A DNA stretch of 64,000 bases from Lama glama (Eukaryota), in assembly GCA_028534125.1 (NCBI GenBank), contig CM052817.1:54252001-54316000 (forward strand), in the 5' to 3' direction. The translations under genes were made by a program, and so were the position numbers. The notes under the pieces are model-generated. The model was not told the origin of the DNA. It made no database searches and saw nothing but the letters and a program-made list of their open reading frames with translations. This document shows, piece by piece, positions 1-13,199 of this stretch. Every line of letters starts with the position of its first letter. Position 1 is the first letter of the stretch.

Positions 1-214
1 CTAGAGATATTTGACATGGTCTAATATTAAAATGATTACCTTGAGATCTTTAACATTTTATAACGGTAACTATAGTAGAAGTGTAACTAATAAAGGTCCA
101 GTAGGGATACTAACTCTAAGAGAGAAACTGACACAATGAAGATTTTCCCATTGATGACTTTAACTCAGACCTCCTAAAATAATCAAATAACCATGTCTAA
201 CTTGAAAGTTTTCA

Positions 215-420
215 ACAGAGAAGTGATGAGATTTGGTTTATCTTTTGGGATGATTTCACTGGCCATTTTCTGGAAAATGGACTGTCAGGGAATAAGAAAG
301 TAGAAGACCAGACAGGAGACTGGTAACATTTGTCTAGGTGAGGGATAAATCATTTGGATTATGCATTGATCAAAGGAGATAGTGAAAAGTAATCATATCA
401 ATACATATTTTAGAATAAGA
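215..420 (-). mobile_element. L2 LINE fragment
   Basis: Resembles the reverse complement of L2 3' sequence (agagaagtgatgagatttgg...gtctaggtgagggat). Confidence 0.6.
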
Positions 421-1894
421 CAATATTATATAGACAACAGACTATAAACAAAATAACTAGAGTCTCTACATAGAAACCTAAACCGATCTTTCTATTTTCA
501 CAATGAAAACGGATACATATGCATTCACCAATAAATGCACTGACATGGGAAAATTAAGATATTTAGGATGAATCCACAAATGTCTGGTAGGAGTTGAAAT
601 TTAAGAAGAGGATTAGAAAGGGCCCTCTACTTTTTGCTCTGTACACTTGCTGTTATTTTTTCCTTTTATTTTTATTAGTATTTTACTATTTGTCTTTTAC
701 TGGTATTCCAATAGTTTATTTTTATTAGTATTTTCATTTTTCTTTTATTTCCTTTTGAAACAATAAAAATAAGTCAAATCATAAAAAAATCAAATAAATA
801 GCAAAGTCATTAACTCATCATTAATTTCAGGGGCTACAGCTCCATAAAAAAACAATGTCGTCCTGTCTCCATAAAGGATATCAAATTTAAATGGTCACAT
901 CACACAAAAATTCATCAAAATATGTTAATTGCATATGATCATAAATATTACTGATAAAATTTTTATATACATATATAGCAAAGCAAAATTGCTCTGGCAT
1001 TTAAAAATATGGGTTACTTTGTTTTTACTTAAACAACATTTAAAATATACAGAATTATGAATTCTATGTTCTGCAATTTAATGTTTGAAAACTTTCCCAC
1101 AGGACTTGAATAATACCATTTTTAAATTTCAGTGGTCATGTTACCATACAAATCAGTTTTGTTTTATAAATATAAATTATAATTAATTAATATTTTAAAA
1201 TATTTGCAAAGTCCATTTGAATTAAAAAATGAATTTAATTTCTTAAATCTTCATTTTCACAAGTTATGGCAGTTGAAACCAAGCTGTGAGTATGTTTTAA
1301 AATCAGCCTTAATCAAAAATTTTTTAAAAAAGGCATATCTGAAGTACTTGTGTTAATTTCAAAATTACTCAATGAATAAGAAGCTAAATATTCACCAAAA
1401 ACAGCAGTATAAAGTGCTCTTTCTGATTCAAAATTATTACATCTTAAATTTGAGAACAGTTTTAAAATAGTCAGTAGGATTCAGAATAATCATTAAGCTT
1501 TCATTTTCATTAACATTAAAGGGAACTATTTAGTGTGTGTCCATTACCTCTTCTGATCTTACAAACAAAGGATTAAAGTCAAAATATCATTTCATTTTAT
1601 TATTCTTTAAATGTATGGACTTTCATAGTCACATATATATTTTGAGTTAAAGATGTATGTGCACGTGGCATATACAACACTGCTTTTATCTAAATCATGA
1701 GTCACTCAAAACTTACCACTGTGTCAAAGTTGTAGAAAGATTTCATCAAAAAGGTGTTGGAATTCACCTCAAATAATATCAGTGTCAATTAATACAAGAT
1801 TTGCTAGCAGTCTCCCCACCATGACTATGGCAGACCTCTTTCTCAAGGTATCACTTGTCAGTGGTTATAGAAGAGGTTCCTCTAGAACCCAGAT

Positions 1895-2690
1895 CAATCC
1901 ATTCATTCCTCAAATGTCTTCCAGTACCCAGTGTGAGCCAGGTGCTGATTTAATCCCTTGAAAAATAACAACCAAGACATATCTAATTACTGCCCTTAAG
2001 AAGCGTACATCCTAGTAAAGGAGACTGAATCAGAAAACTAAATGGCTTCGGTTAAGTAGATGGCATTTAGGAATATAATGAAATCTGGATCCATCTGAGA
2101 CATGTTTTGGGGGTCCAATGAATGAGACCTGATGAAGGAGTAGCTTCTGGAGTGAGAAAGACACAGTATCACAAATGATTCAAAAGTCGCTGGCATGACA
2201 GAAGTCTTATTTATTGATATGGGGAAGATTGGTGGGTAGAGCAGTTGTGGATGTCAGAGACAGATCTGTCTTTAAATCTTTTTGAAAATGTTAACTTTGA
2301 GAAGCCTATGACACACCCAAGTTGAGATGTCAAGAGGCAGCTGAACAGATGAGTCTGGAACAAAGTCCATATAGATAGAAATTTATGAGTCAGTGATATG
2401 GAGTCAGTATTTACAGAATAGGAATGTGACAGGACAAGGAGGACAGAAAACCAAAAGAAAGAACTCAAGAAAGAGGGGAAGGAGGAAAATAAACGATATT
2501 GCCTCCAATTGAAAAGGAAGTGCAAGAGACGTGATTTAGTTCATCACATTAAAAAAAAAGTGTCAGAAAAAAGTGAGTCATCAAGTGCTTTGAATACTAC
2601 GGAGACTTAGGTAAGATGAAACTGGAAATTATCCACCATATTTAGCAACACAGAAATGACAGCATTACTGGGGAGTGAGGTGGCCTGATA
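1895..2690 (-). mobile_element. L2 LINE fragments
   Basis: Starts with an inverted L2 3' end (cattcattcctcaaatg...gagccaggtgctg) and contains typical L2 body motifs (gagatgtcaagaggcagctg, taagatgaaactggaaattatccac). Confidence 0.7.
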
Positions 2691-3687
2691 GGTTAATTGG
2701 GGAAAAAAAAAAAACTCTTCACAATGCTGAAGCTAAAATTACCAAAGTCATGCCTTGTAAACATTTCACCATCTACGACAGTATCTAAACATCTTATACA
2801 CAATATACACATTCATAAATTAAATTTAACAACTGTCTATTAAATTTCCACTAAGTGACAAGCAATCTACTGTGAACTGACAATTCAAAGGGGAATAATA
2901 CATAGGATGTAATATTTATATATAATGAAAAATGAACATAATGATACAAATATACATAGGAAACACTGAAAATACCAGATATAAACAGTGCATAGTGAAA
3001 AAATATGGGTCACTGGAATGCATAAAAATAATCATTTAATTTCTCCATTCTATTCATTTTTGCTCTAGAAGTGCCATTTCTAAATGTTAAAACAGCCCTT
3101 CAATGACTGTTTGTTTTGTAGCACACCCTGATCCTATGTTTTAGGAAATTAGTAACTCCATGCCTAAATGAAGCACTAGAAACAGAAGAAACTGAGCACG
3201 AATAAGAAAATTATTCTATTAATGAGAGACTGGCAACATTAATTTAGGGTTAGGAGAGAGTCCAATGTACTTGTTACTTATCAGGCTTCTCTTGTGTATT
3301 AAAAGTTAAAGCCTGCTTTATAATCTTATTGCATAATGGGTAATATATTGATGTGAAATGGACTCAAAATGGATGAGCTTAGAAGAAATACATCATGGTA
3401 GAACAGTCATAACCAGGTTAATATGACATAATAACTTGACTTAAAAGAGTCAACTTTTTTATCTGTACAATTACTACAAACAAAAATTTATGACATTTAC
3501 AGAATCATAAAAGCAGCAGTGCAATTTCAATCATATCTTGAAATAAGCCCGTTTCAAGAACTTGGTCTTATACTAATTCTTCAGGGGAAAAGATCAATTG
3601 GTTTACACATGTCAAACAAAGCAAGTGATTCTCCAGAAGGCTAAAGGAAAGCCCAATAAGTCCAGTTTGTTATTATTAATGATTAAA

Positions 3688-3858
3688 AAATGATAGCAAA
3701 TATTTAACTTACTCTGCGCTGGAACCCTCTGAGTACTCAACATATACCGGCTCAATGACTATAACAAAACTATAAAGTACCTATTATTATGCCCATTTTA
3801 CCTATGAGAAAACTAAAACAGAGACAAATGCATTAAATTACCTATGGTCACTTAGACA
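3688..3858 (-). mobile_element. MIR SINE
   Basis: MIR core tattatgcccattttacctatgagaaaactaaaacagaga...cctatggtcac. Confidence 0.75.
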
Positions 3859-4122
3859 GGACATATTATTGCTATAAACTTAATAAGAGCTTAAGTTATT
3901 TTTAAAATATTCTATTAGACAAGTTTAATATATAGATTTATATAAGCCATTATCAGCTATTATTGCCATTCATAATATAGCTTAAAATAGCTTCCTTCCT
4001 GAGGGAGATTTAATATTAAAATCTGTCTTTTCAGATTTTCTTGCTTTCATTTTTTCCCAATCATTTCTTAAATGGTGATTTTACAACACAACTTTGCTAT
4101 ATTCCAGTTCATCTTGTTGATA

Positions 4123-4313
4123 CAATTAACCTTCAAACAATGCAGGAGCTAATCCTCTTATGATTTATATTCAGTCCAGGTACCCTCCATTCCCCTGCAT
4201 CTGTGATTTCAACTAACTATGGACCGTGTAGTAATGCAGTATTTACTGTTGAAAAATATCCACATATAAGTGTACCTGCACAGTTCAAACCGGTGTTGTT
4301 CAAGCGTCAACAG
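4123..4313. mobile_element. Tigger2a/MER8-like MITE (TcMar-Tigger)
   Basis: Degenerate terminal inverted repeats (caattaaccttcaaacaa ... ttgttcaagcgtcaacag), TA dinucleotides on both flanks (4121-4122, 4314-4315), and internal gaaaaatatccacatataagtgtacctgcacagttcaaacc. Confidence 0.85.
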
Positions 4314-6799
4314 TATTTAGTTTGCTCTCTGTACTACGCAAAAAAAAAAAAAAAAAATTAGAACAGTTAAATGTCAATGGAACTTGTTAGAGGTGGTAAC
4401 AAACAGCCCCAGTTATCTGAGACTGAGTACTCTGACAAAAAAATAGTTGTCCTCTATTTCAGTAGGCCATCTTCTGTTGAATGTTCAGTCTCTAAAGAGA
4501 CAACAACTTCCCCTGACACAGAAAGGGGTACCTTCTGTGGAATGAGAGCAGCCACCGAGGAAGGGCGACGGAAGACAGCTGCTGCTGCCAGATGGTCATC
4601 ACATCTACTGGGTTTGTTTTATAGAGGAATTGTTTAAGCACCTTAAAGATCCTATTTCATGGCAGGTGCAATTTACCTCAGATTCCTCACAAAGATGGAG
4701 AGTTTCAATTAGATACAAAAGATACTTTCAAAAAACAAAGTATACAGAGATGGTGCCTCCAATCCACCTTTTTCCTTTTTTCTTTTTTTTGGTTACAAGT
4801 GATGATAATAATGACTACAATGACAAGTAATTGAAAATTAAGAGAGAGCCAGTTTATCTTACCCTGGCTGTGGCTCAAATTTTTGAGGAAAAAAAACCAA
4901 GACTTATGGAAAGAGAACGGACATTAGTAGCATTCAATGGCTATGTGCACATCAAAGACGCAGTCTGAACTACTACTTTTCATAACCACCCTGGGGCTTT
5001 CCTGACTTTCCAGTTCTGACATTGCCACTAAACCTCTGCTCTCCCTAACATCAAAATATTCTGATGTCAACATTTCAGATATGTGCTGCATTCACAAGAA
5101 AAATTTTAATTCTGCATAGTCAGTTAGTGGTAGATTCAACTTCTTCACTCCATATTACATAAGGGGCATTGAGAAACACCACGTTTACAAGGGATGACCA
5201 AAGAATGAACTTAAGTACATAATTTTTTCAAATTTTACTTATTTAGTTTTATATCTTAGTTTTATTGATTGTGGGTTTTAAGTACTAGCAATGTTAAAAT
5301 GTACATTTCTGTAGGAACAATATATCTTGGCTAAAAGAAGAATGAGAAATAAATTTCCATTTGATTTCAATATTGTTAATGCAGGTTGCATGTACAGTCT
5401 TACTCTCCCTACAGAGGTTGCACTCGAAATTGAAATGTCATTGATATACTTTTATAAATCAGAAGTGCTAGTTCATGTATATTTTATTCTCTATACCAAT
5501 CCTTTTAGGACATAATTAAATGCAAACAAACAGAAAAGAACTAACTCGAATCAATGTGTCCTTCTGAATGACATTTCCTTCCTACCTGTGAAGCCATCTC
5601 ATCAGCTTCACTATTGCACTCATGCTCATAAATTTGACAAGGCTGGCTGATTTGCTTCCAATCCCATTTACATTTAGAAATATGCGGCCTTATAACTTAT
5701 TTTTCTATTAATTTATAAAGTGCTTCAGTGATGATGAAAGGTAAAATTACCTGTTTGTTTCCAAAGTGATTATCTTTGTACTGCACTGTTGATGCAGAGT
5801 TTCTGAGTATCAATGTAAGACAGACTTTGCTGTGTTTTAGAAGACAAAGCATTCAGTTAGGATACTCCAAAACTGTCCATGGGATCCTCTTTCACTAGGG
5901 CCACTTGAGCCAAGATACAGAGAAGATGATTCATCACTTCAACTCTACAAGCCATTATTTCTAATTAAAAACTACCCCATAAATATCTATTTTATAGTGA
6001 CATCTGTGTAGTAAATAAATTCAAGTGATCAGTAAAACACTCACCAAGGAAATTACCTTAAAAAATTACTTCATTTCTAAGTGAATCTTCCTAATTAAAA
6101 TGACTATTTCCCATTCATATTTCTGAATCATAATTCATAGTAACTTGAGAGTCTCTGAATATCCAATACTTAGGCAAGCTATTGCCCTAATTTCTCAAAT
6201 CATACTGCCTACAAAACAGAAACCTTTTTCAACCATTTATTGGCCTTTTTAAAATATGTACATGAGATTTTATAGAGCAACTTCTTACATTCAAAGGTAA
6301 AAAAGAGTAAGTTGATAAAACTCTAATCATTCCCCATACTCTAAATAAAGAGCAGAGAGGGTAAAAATCAATTCAACTGAGTGTAAAATTACCTTGTGTA
6401 GTAACTGAGAATATATTAAAAGATACATGATACATGAACCCATATACTTGTGATGATTCCAATCCAAAGTGTCTTCTCTCCCCAACTATTTACTTAATAT
6501 ATGCTCGATTTTCCTTCCCCTTTAACTTTTCAGCTTGCATTCTACCCAATGCTCTCTTTTCTAGAGGAACAACAGACTGCGATGGAAAGAACGTTAAGGA
6601 CGATGATTCTTTAGATACTGATGTTAGTCTTTAATTTGCCATTACTGGAAATAACTTCTTTAGGCAACACAATTTCCTCTGCTAAATCTTACTTTAAATT
6701 GTTCAAGTTTCAATTCTCTTTATTTCCTGTGCTCTTGAGCTGACTCTCACCCAACATGATATACATACTTCCTCAATATTTGAATACAAACTATATTTT

Positions 6800-7720
6800 C
6801 AGATCCCAGAGTATTTTCAGACCTAACTTTTGTGACCTTTGACACTGTTGATTGTTTTCTTTGAAATTTTCTTTAATAATAACTCCTACAACATTGTCCT
6901 CCCCTTCTGGGTTTCCATCTGAATCTCTAATGTTAACCATTCTCAGCTTCCTTCATGATTCCTCATCCTCTGTTTCATCTTTAAATGGAGCTGTTCCTCA
7001 AAGTCCCATTTTTAAACATGTTCCTACCCTGCAGTCCTTCCTTGGCTATGGCTACTATAAACATTGTGTCCAATTCTTTATATTTCGATTTAACTTTGGC
7101 CTTGCTTCTAAGTTCCAAAACAGTGCATTTCCAACCGCATAATAAACAACACAACCAAGATTTCCTGCAATTCTGAAACATCCCACAATCATTACCCTCT
7201 ATGAGTAATCCAGTGCTTTCACTTCCCATGACTTCAGTCTATTAAAACATCATCATTGGCCTTCCAGATTGCCACATACAAATCCTGCTATAATGGTAGA
7301 GACGTCTCTCTTCGACATTCTTCTCCTCGTATAGGACTGTGAATTCCTTTAAACCAAGCCCAAAATAACTCTTAACACTATCCCCTTCATTCCATTTCTG
7401 TCATTCCACAAGTTCAGAGCCCCGTGAACTCTTATCTGACTCCTAACTTATCTTCCACATTGCTGCCAGACAAGACTTATTTGAAAAGGTCCTTCCCTAT
7501 CTTTTCATCAAGTATTAGATGACTTCATGTTGCTGTTGCATGAAATCCAAAATCCCTACCGTAACGTTCAGTAACTCCTGAAATTCAACCTCAAAAATAG
7601 CTTTCCAGCTCATCTCTTGCTAACCTTCTCCACTCTGGATTCAACAGTCCCTAGGATATAATGAGAGTTCAAAGCTTCTTGTATCCATGCTGTTCCCCGA
7701 GTCCTGTTCCCACCTGTTTC
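6800..7720 (+). mobile_element. L2 LINE fragment
   Basis: L2 body motifs (tttgacactgttga, ccacattgctgccaga, atgctgttcccc). The ORFs at 6852, 6981 and 6985 are spurious by-products. Confidence 0.7.
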
Positions 7721-8170
7721 TTCTCTACCTAGCAGAACCTTAATAACTCTATTTCCTTAGTGGTAGGATCAGCGCCTTTATGATGTTTTACTAGGGTAGT
7801 TCACTCTCACCTCCAAGGTTTAGCTCCAATAGAAATACTATGTAAACCAGATAAACAAAACTGTAAAACTTCAGGAGTAATCAAGATATAACCAACTTAG
7901 ACAACTGATACAGTTTTATCTCAAAACAGAATCTAACTCATCTCAATTTTAAAAAGTCTCAGCCATTCCCCTCCCACATAAAATTAATGTCAAAACCCAC
8001 TTAATACAGTCCCCTTAGATCTCTCAGCAATACCTCTTCATACTATTAAGGCTAGGACTTACTGTTTCATCTAATTTTAGGTTTATCAAAATTTCACTAT
8101 CAAAATTGTTACTTTTTCAGGTCTCTGTTTAGCATACTACTTTTTGGCCAAACCAAGGCAGCAATTTATA

Positions 8171-8173
<3 letters not shown>

Positions 8174-8204
<31 letters not shown>

Positions 8205-8205
8205 C
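8174..8205. repeat. (TATC)n tetranucleotide microsatellite
   Basis: Directly visible tandem TATC units. Confidence 0.95.
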
Positions 8206-8277
8206 ATGTACCTATTCTTAAGCATATGTATTCTTACATGTATGTTTATATATTAAAAAAATATATATTTTTTTGTC

Positions 8278-8342
8278 TTTTATTTATTTTTTATTTTTAT
8301 TTTTTTTACATTTTTTGATTCATAATCATTTTACAGTGTTGT
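8278..8342 (-). mobile_element. Severely 5'-truncated young L1 3' end with A-rich tail (camelid-like)
   Basis: T-rich tail followed by acattttttgattcataatcattttacagtgttgt, resembling the recalled camelid L1 3' terminus; ttgtc occurs on both sides as a possible TSD. Confidence 0.6.
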
Positions 8343-9694
8343 CCTTAAAACCTATTCATTAAAAAATAAAATCATATAACCAAAAATTTATTAATTAATA
8401 AGACAGTGTGATACTCCCCATGTCAAACTTGACATTTATAACACCAATGAATTAGATATTCTGAAGCATTTTTATTAGGCTCAAATACTTATCTGCATAT
8501 ACTAATAGAAGAATATCTTGGACCAATTTTGATGTTATCATGTTTACAAAAAATATCTTGGAAACTTTAGTACATAATATAATTGAATAAAAAATAAAAT
8601 GCTCCATAATACTTCAGTTTTGTCTGATCTGTGTGTTCACATAAACATATGTTTGTGACTGTTAGTATATATTGACAAGCATAATAATGACACACTTGTC
8701 ACAATCTTAGCTCAAATATGTGATGAGAAATCAAATAAACTAGAAATCAAAGAAACTTACTTCTTATCTAGAAAGCTCAAATGGTTAAGACTGTTCTAAG
8801 AAAGACATTTTAAAGAGGATATTCTAGTCGGTAACCTTTTCAGAGACACTAAAGTTACTACCTGCATAAAAGGGTTATACATCTAGCTGAATTCTAAGGC
8901 TCTAAAGGTTACTTTAAACGAAAGAGTCTCAAGACTTCCCGTACTCAAAATACACACATTGAAAGCTGTTAACTGTTCTCTTCAAAACATGGAAAGACAT
9001 GAAAATGAAAAGCAGTAACTTTCTGCATGCTTTTGGGGACAAAGTTTCTATCACATCCTTTGTACAAGTTAGAAGTTACATAAACGAAAGATAAGTTAGG
9101 AAAAGTTATTCACAAAGGTGGTAGTATCAATTTGGGACCTGAAGGATGAATACATGTTTTCAAGGCCAAGAAAGGGTGATGCAATAAATTAAGGATGCCT
9201 GAAGAAAATTCACATCTAATTATAAACACTGAAGTGGTATTTAGCTACACACATATGAGAGACGCTTCATCCAGTGGCAAGGTGTATTTCTGTTTTCCAG
9301 CAAGGACTACCTATGTTTGAACATAAATACTAACATCAGTGCCATCAAGGTGTTTTGACTCATGGGTATCAATCACACCTCTGGAACTATTATCTGCTGA
9401 CTTTACTGAAGTTTCTAATATTTAGTTATTTGATACTACAGATTGTGATATTTACAGGAATTCATTTTAGCTGATTTGTAAAATTTTTAAATAATTAACT
9501 TAATCATGCTGAAATCACAAGGTAAATTTTCCTTCTTGTATTTAGTATCACAGCATGTACAAATATTGTAAATGATTTCTCTGCATGAAATTAAGAAAAA
9601 TAAGCAGGTCAAATGAATCAGGCACTAGAACAATAATAAAAAGTACTTTCTAAAAGTGCCATAGAGACATAAATTATCTTTGTTTTTGGTACCA

Positions 9695-9880
9695 TTATTA
9701 GACCTCTAGTGCTCTTCACATGCATCTTACTTGACCTTCACAGCAATTGTGTGAATTTGTTAGTAAGATGGCATTTGCCAGTTTTATAGAAAACTGATAA
9801 CAGACAATTTTTTTTGCCCCAGGCTGTGCAGTTTTTAAGAGACAGAGCTAAAACTTGAATATAGGTCTTCCACTAGTACT
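9695..9880 (-). mobile_element. MIR SINE
   Basis: Degenerate MIR core ccagttttatagaaaactga...gcccaggctgtgcag...gagctaaaacttgaa. Confidence 0.6.
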
Positions 9881-9959
9881 CCAAAATAACTAGAGTAGGA
9901 TTTCTCATCTGGTGTGCAACCTTCCTCTTGAGACAGGTAATAGGAAAATAACTATTTCG

Positions 9960-10110
9960 AGAATGAAGTTGTAATTCACCTCACTCACTAAGTGGCTTTT
10001 TTGACCTTGGGCAAGATTTTTAATTACTCTATGCTTTAGTTTCTTCATCTACAAAAATGAGACTTTGAACTACTCTCTAAACTTTTATCCAGTGCAAATA
10101 TTTTATTCTT
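9960..10110 (+). mobile_element. MIR/MIR3 SINE
   Basis: gaccttgggcaag...tttagtttcttcatctacaaaaatgag. Confidence 0.7.
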
Positions 10111-10939
10111 ATTCTAGAATTTAGCATGATAAAATATATGTGAAGAAATAGTAACCCCCGTGTGTATTTACAGAAACCAAAATGTTTATTACTGATTAAT
10201 AAATCTAATGCCCATTCACATAGTGATACTTCCTAATGTAAAAGATATCATGTTAGAGAAAAATGAATTAGAAAGGAATGCCTTAAAGTTTTTAACTTTG
10301 TAGTCACATACAACCAGTCTGCCTAAAGTTATAAAAATAGATTATTTAAAACACATAAATATATTTTACTTCTCTGAAATAACCACAATAATATAGTCAG
10401 AATGACACTAATAATCTACTTGCATGTATCCTACATGTATTATACACACATTTTTAATACAATAATTGCCATCTATGAATTTAGAAAACTGTAAAGCCAT
10501 GGAAACCACTCCAAATCAAGTAAACTATTGAAATGTATGACATAGGATTTCTAGTTATAATCAATAGAACATAAAAAATAACTAAATTAAAATTAACAAA
10601 CTTTTTAAATTCTATATATAACAGTCTTTAAATTTTGCTCTGTGCTGCCTGTATATCCTCTTAAACTCCCTTCACAGATGTATGAATATTCTACACAGTT
10701 AATAAAATTAAGTGCTGAGCCATATCACATTCCTTAACACATATGAATGATGAATAGACTGAACAAAACAAAAATTGAGCCTTACTGAGAATGTTCTGAA
10801 CAGAATTCTGTTTCCCTATTCAAAAGGTCTCTTCATTCAAGGTGTGGTTTTCTTTTGCAGAAATTATTAATGTGTATCATTTTATCAAAAAACAAAGCTC
10901 TTGCTGAGATAAAAAAATATCAATAAAAAGACTACTAGG

Positions 10940-11380
10940 TGATTACCCAATATCCATTCTTTCGTTCTTCCATGCTAACAGAATTTCATTTTTGTTGGCA
11001 GAATCTCTGTTCTCACCTTAAAAAGAAATTATACTTCCACTCTTTCAACATGGAAAAATACATGGCATCATTTTGTCGAATGAAATATAAGAGAAAGTTA
11101 TTAAGCACAACATCTAGAAAATCTCCAAAATGAATGGCAGTCATAGATAAAATGTGCCTTTTGTTTCTTGTCCTCCTGTTCCAGTCAGAACATGCTGATG
11201 GACATGCTAGTTAGTAACCATTTCACAAGTGGGAAAATGAAAGTTACACATAACGACAACAGGAAAACTGAGTCCTATGGAACCATACCAGCCTTACTTC
11301 CCTGTGTGAGGAGGACTTATCTTCGGAAAAATTTAAAATCCTATATTTAATCAGCTTGTACCAAGCTTGACTGCTGTCTG
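10940..11380 (+). mobile_element. Old MLT1 (MaLR, J/K-like) LTR remnant
   Basis: Degenerate motifs (ttcttccatgctaacagaat, aactgagtcc...ccataccagcc, aaaatcctatatttaa). Confidence 0.4.
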
Positions 11381-11769
11381 ATACACTCACCTAAAATGTG
11401 TCTATCATTAAAAAACAAGCAAAACAAAATTCAGCAAATGTTTACGGGAAGTCTTCACTGCTCTACCACCAACCTACAATCAATCTGATCTCTTGGATCT
11501 ATCACTTCAGCAGTCAAAGGTTTTTCCCCCAAAACTTTCTCCCTCACCAAAGTTCATAACCCATATGTCTCATTCATGGAGTGGACACAATTTAAACACA
11601 AAACTGGATCCTCCATTATACTTACGTACATCTCCCTTCAAAGTGAAAAGAAAAGAATATTTTGGCTTAAACTATTTTAAAACATCTACTATCATTTTTT
11701 TAACATTAAGGAAAACTTTTCTAAATTTTCTCAAAAATAGCTGTACATAAGATATCAAACCAGACAAGA

Positions 11770-12035
11770 GGAGTGTTTTCTACCCACTGATTTAGAGACT
11801 ATCTGTGGTGAAGAACTTGTTCTTTAAATGCAATCTGTCACAGACTAACTCTTTCATGAAATGCATCCCTCTCAGCAAAACAAGCCCATTGATCATATGT
11901 TTGGGTGTTGCAACAGATATCAAATTGCTATAAAAGTTTCCCAAAATTTAATCTCAACCTTTCCTTGCTTTGCTGCACTCTGGAAACAAGCAGCTATTAG
12001 CACGTGGGTATTGGTCTGCAGCCCATACTTTTCTA
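11770..12035 (-). mobile_element. hAT-Charlie (Charlie4-like) DNA transposon remnant
   Basis: tcaaattgctataaaagtttc and ggtctgcagcccatacttt resemble the recalled Charlie4a/4z end. Confidence 0.6.
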
Positions 12036-13199
12036 TCCTTTTTCTAAGTCATTTATGTTGGAATTCAAATATGGAGGCAAATACGTTCTTCTAAATATTT
12101 TTCCTATATACTCTAACTCAATTTTAACCATCCTTTTTTCTTTACCACAAGCTGAATTAAGTAACATTAGTTTCAGGAATCTGTGGAAGTTTTTGTTCAA
12201 GAAAAAAGGCAAGTTCAATGGCTTTTAAAAGAAGTTTAAAAGTTATTTTTTTTCTCATAGGTATAGAAATATTAAAAACACTGGAAATCTTAGCTTTTAC
12301 TAAAAGCCTTTTATTTCCCATCATATGTTTTCAGCAAAATTGAGATAGATAACAAGTCAATATTATGCTTGAGAAAATATATTAACTATAGCTTCAAATA
12401 ACACATTATAATATTTCACACATCTTTACCTATTCTAAAAATGAGCACATAGAAAAGATAAATGAAAAATGTATTTTTATATTCTAAAAGTCACATTCTA
12501 TGCTAACCTATACTTCTTAACAATGGAAACTGAGGAATTTTGATGAACATTTAAACCACAGATGCAGGGAAGAGAGAGCCTTCAAAAGGCAAAGACCACT
12601 ACTAAGCTCTACAGCACTTTACTGGGAGAATAGCTCAAAGGCCAGAGTAATACGCTAGTGTCAGAACTTGGAAAAAATGTCCTCATCTAGATTCCCTACA
12701 ATGAGAAACCCCAAGACACGTTATTGAAATGTATTCCTGGCTCTATCAAGTGATTGTATTTGAAAAGCTAAAATATATTCTATATTGAAAAAAAAAGAGA
12801 GAGATTTTAAATAAAGTTTTTTTTTTAATGAAAAGGTAGAAAATGAGAAAAAGGAGAGAAAGAAGAAATGATTGGTAAAAGGAAGTGGAGCAGAGACAGA
12901 ATAGAGTAAAATAAGACAAACTAACACTTCAAATTAATGTGTTACCATTACTCATTAGAAGTTAAGTTTATTCTCTTTATAAAAATAGAATCTCAACCTT
13001 AAGGAAACAATGATGTGCTAGGTGATACAACTTCTAAATTGTTATTGCCTTCCTGTGATCAATTTCTAGATTTGGAGTTTCTCTAACCATCTAGTATTAA
13101 TGTTCTTCAAAAATTGTTTTGGATACACTACTTTAGGGAAAAAAAACTACCTTTTCTCAGTAATTCTTGAGTTACTGAAACAAATGATAAAACAATCTG

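Noticed and set aside
1711..1720. Strong minus-strand donor GTG|GTAAGT (also CTG|GTAAGT at about 58090)
   Set aside because: No clearly paired acceptor; isolated donors are common in long introns.
5728..5806. Plus-strand C/D box pair
   Set aside because: No terminal stem, and it is antisense to the inferred host gene.
5751..5903. Assignment to MBD5 5'UTR exon 3 by size
   Set aside because: I found no convincing partner exon of the expected size ~50 kb upstream, and I could not match the sequence.
5853..5938. Minus-strand C box GTGATGA and D box CTGA, 86 nt apart
   Set aside because: No terminal stem and no recognisable rRNA/snRNA guide sequence; likely chance.
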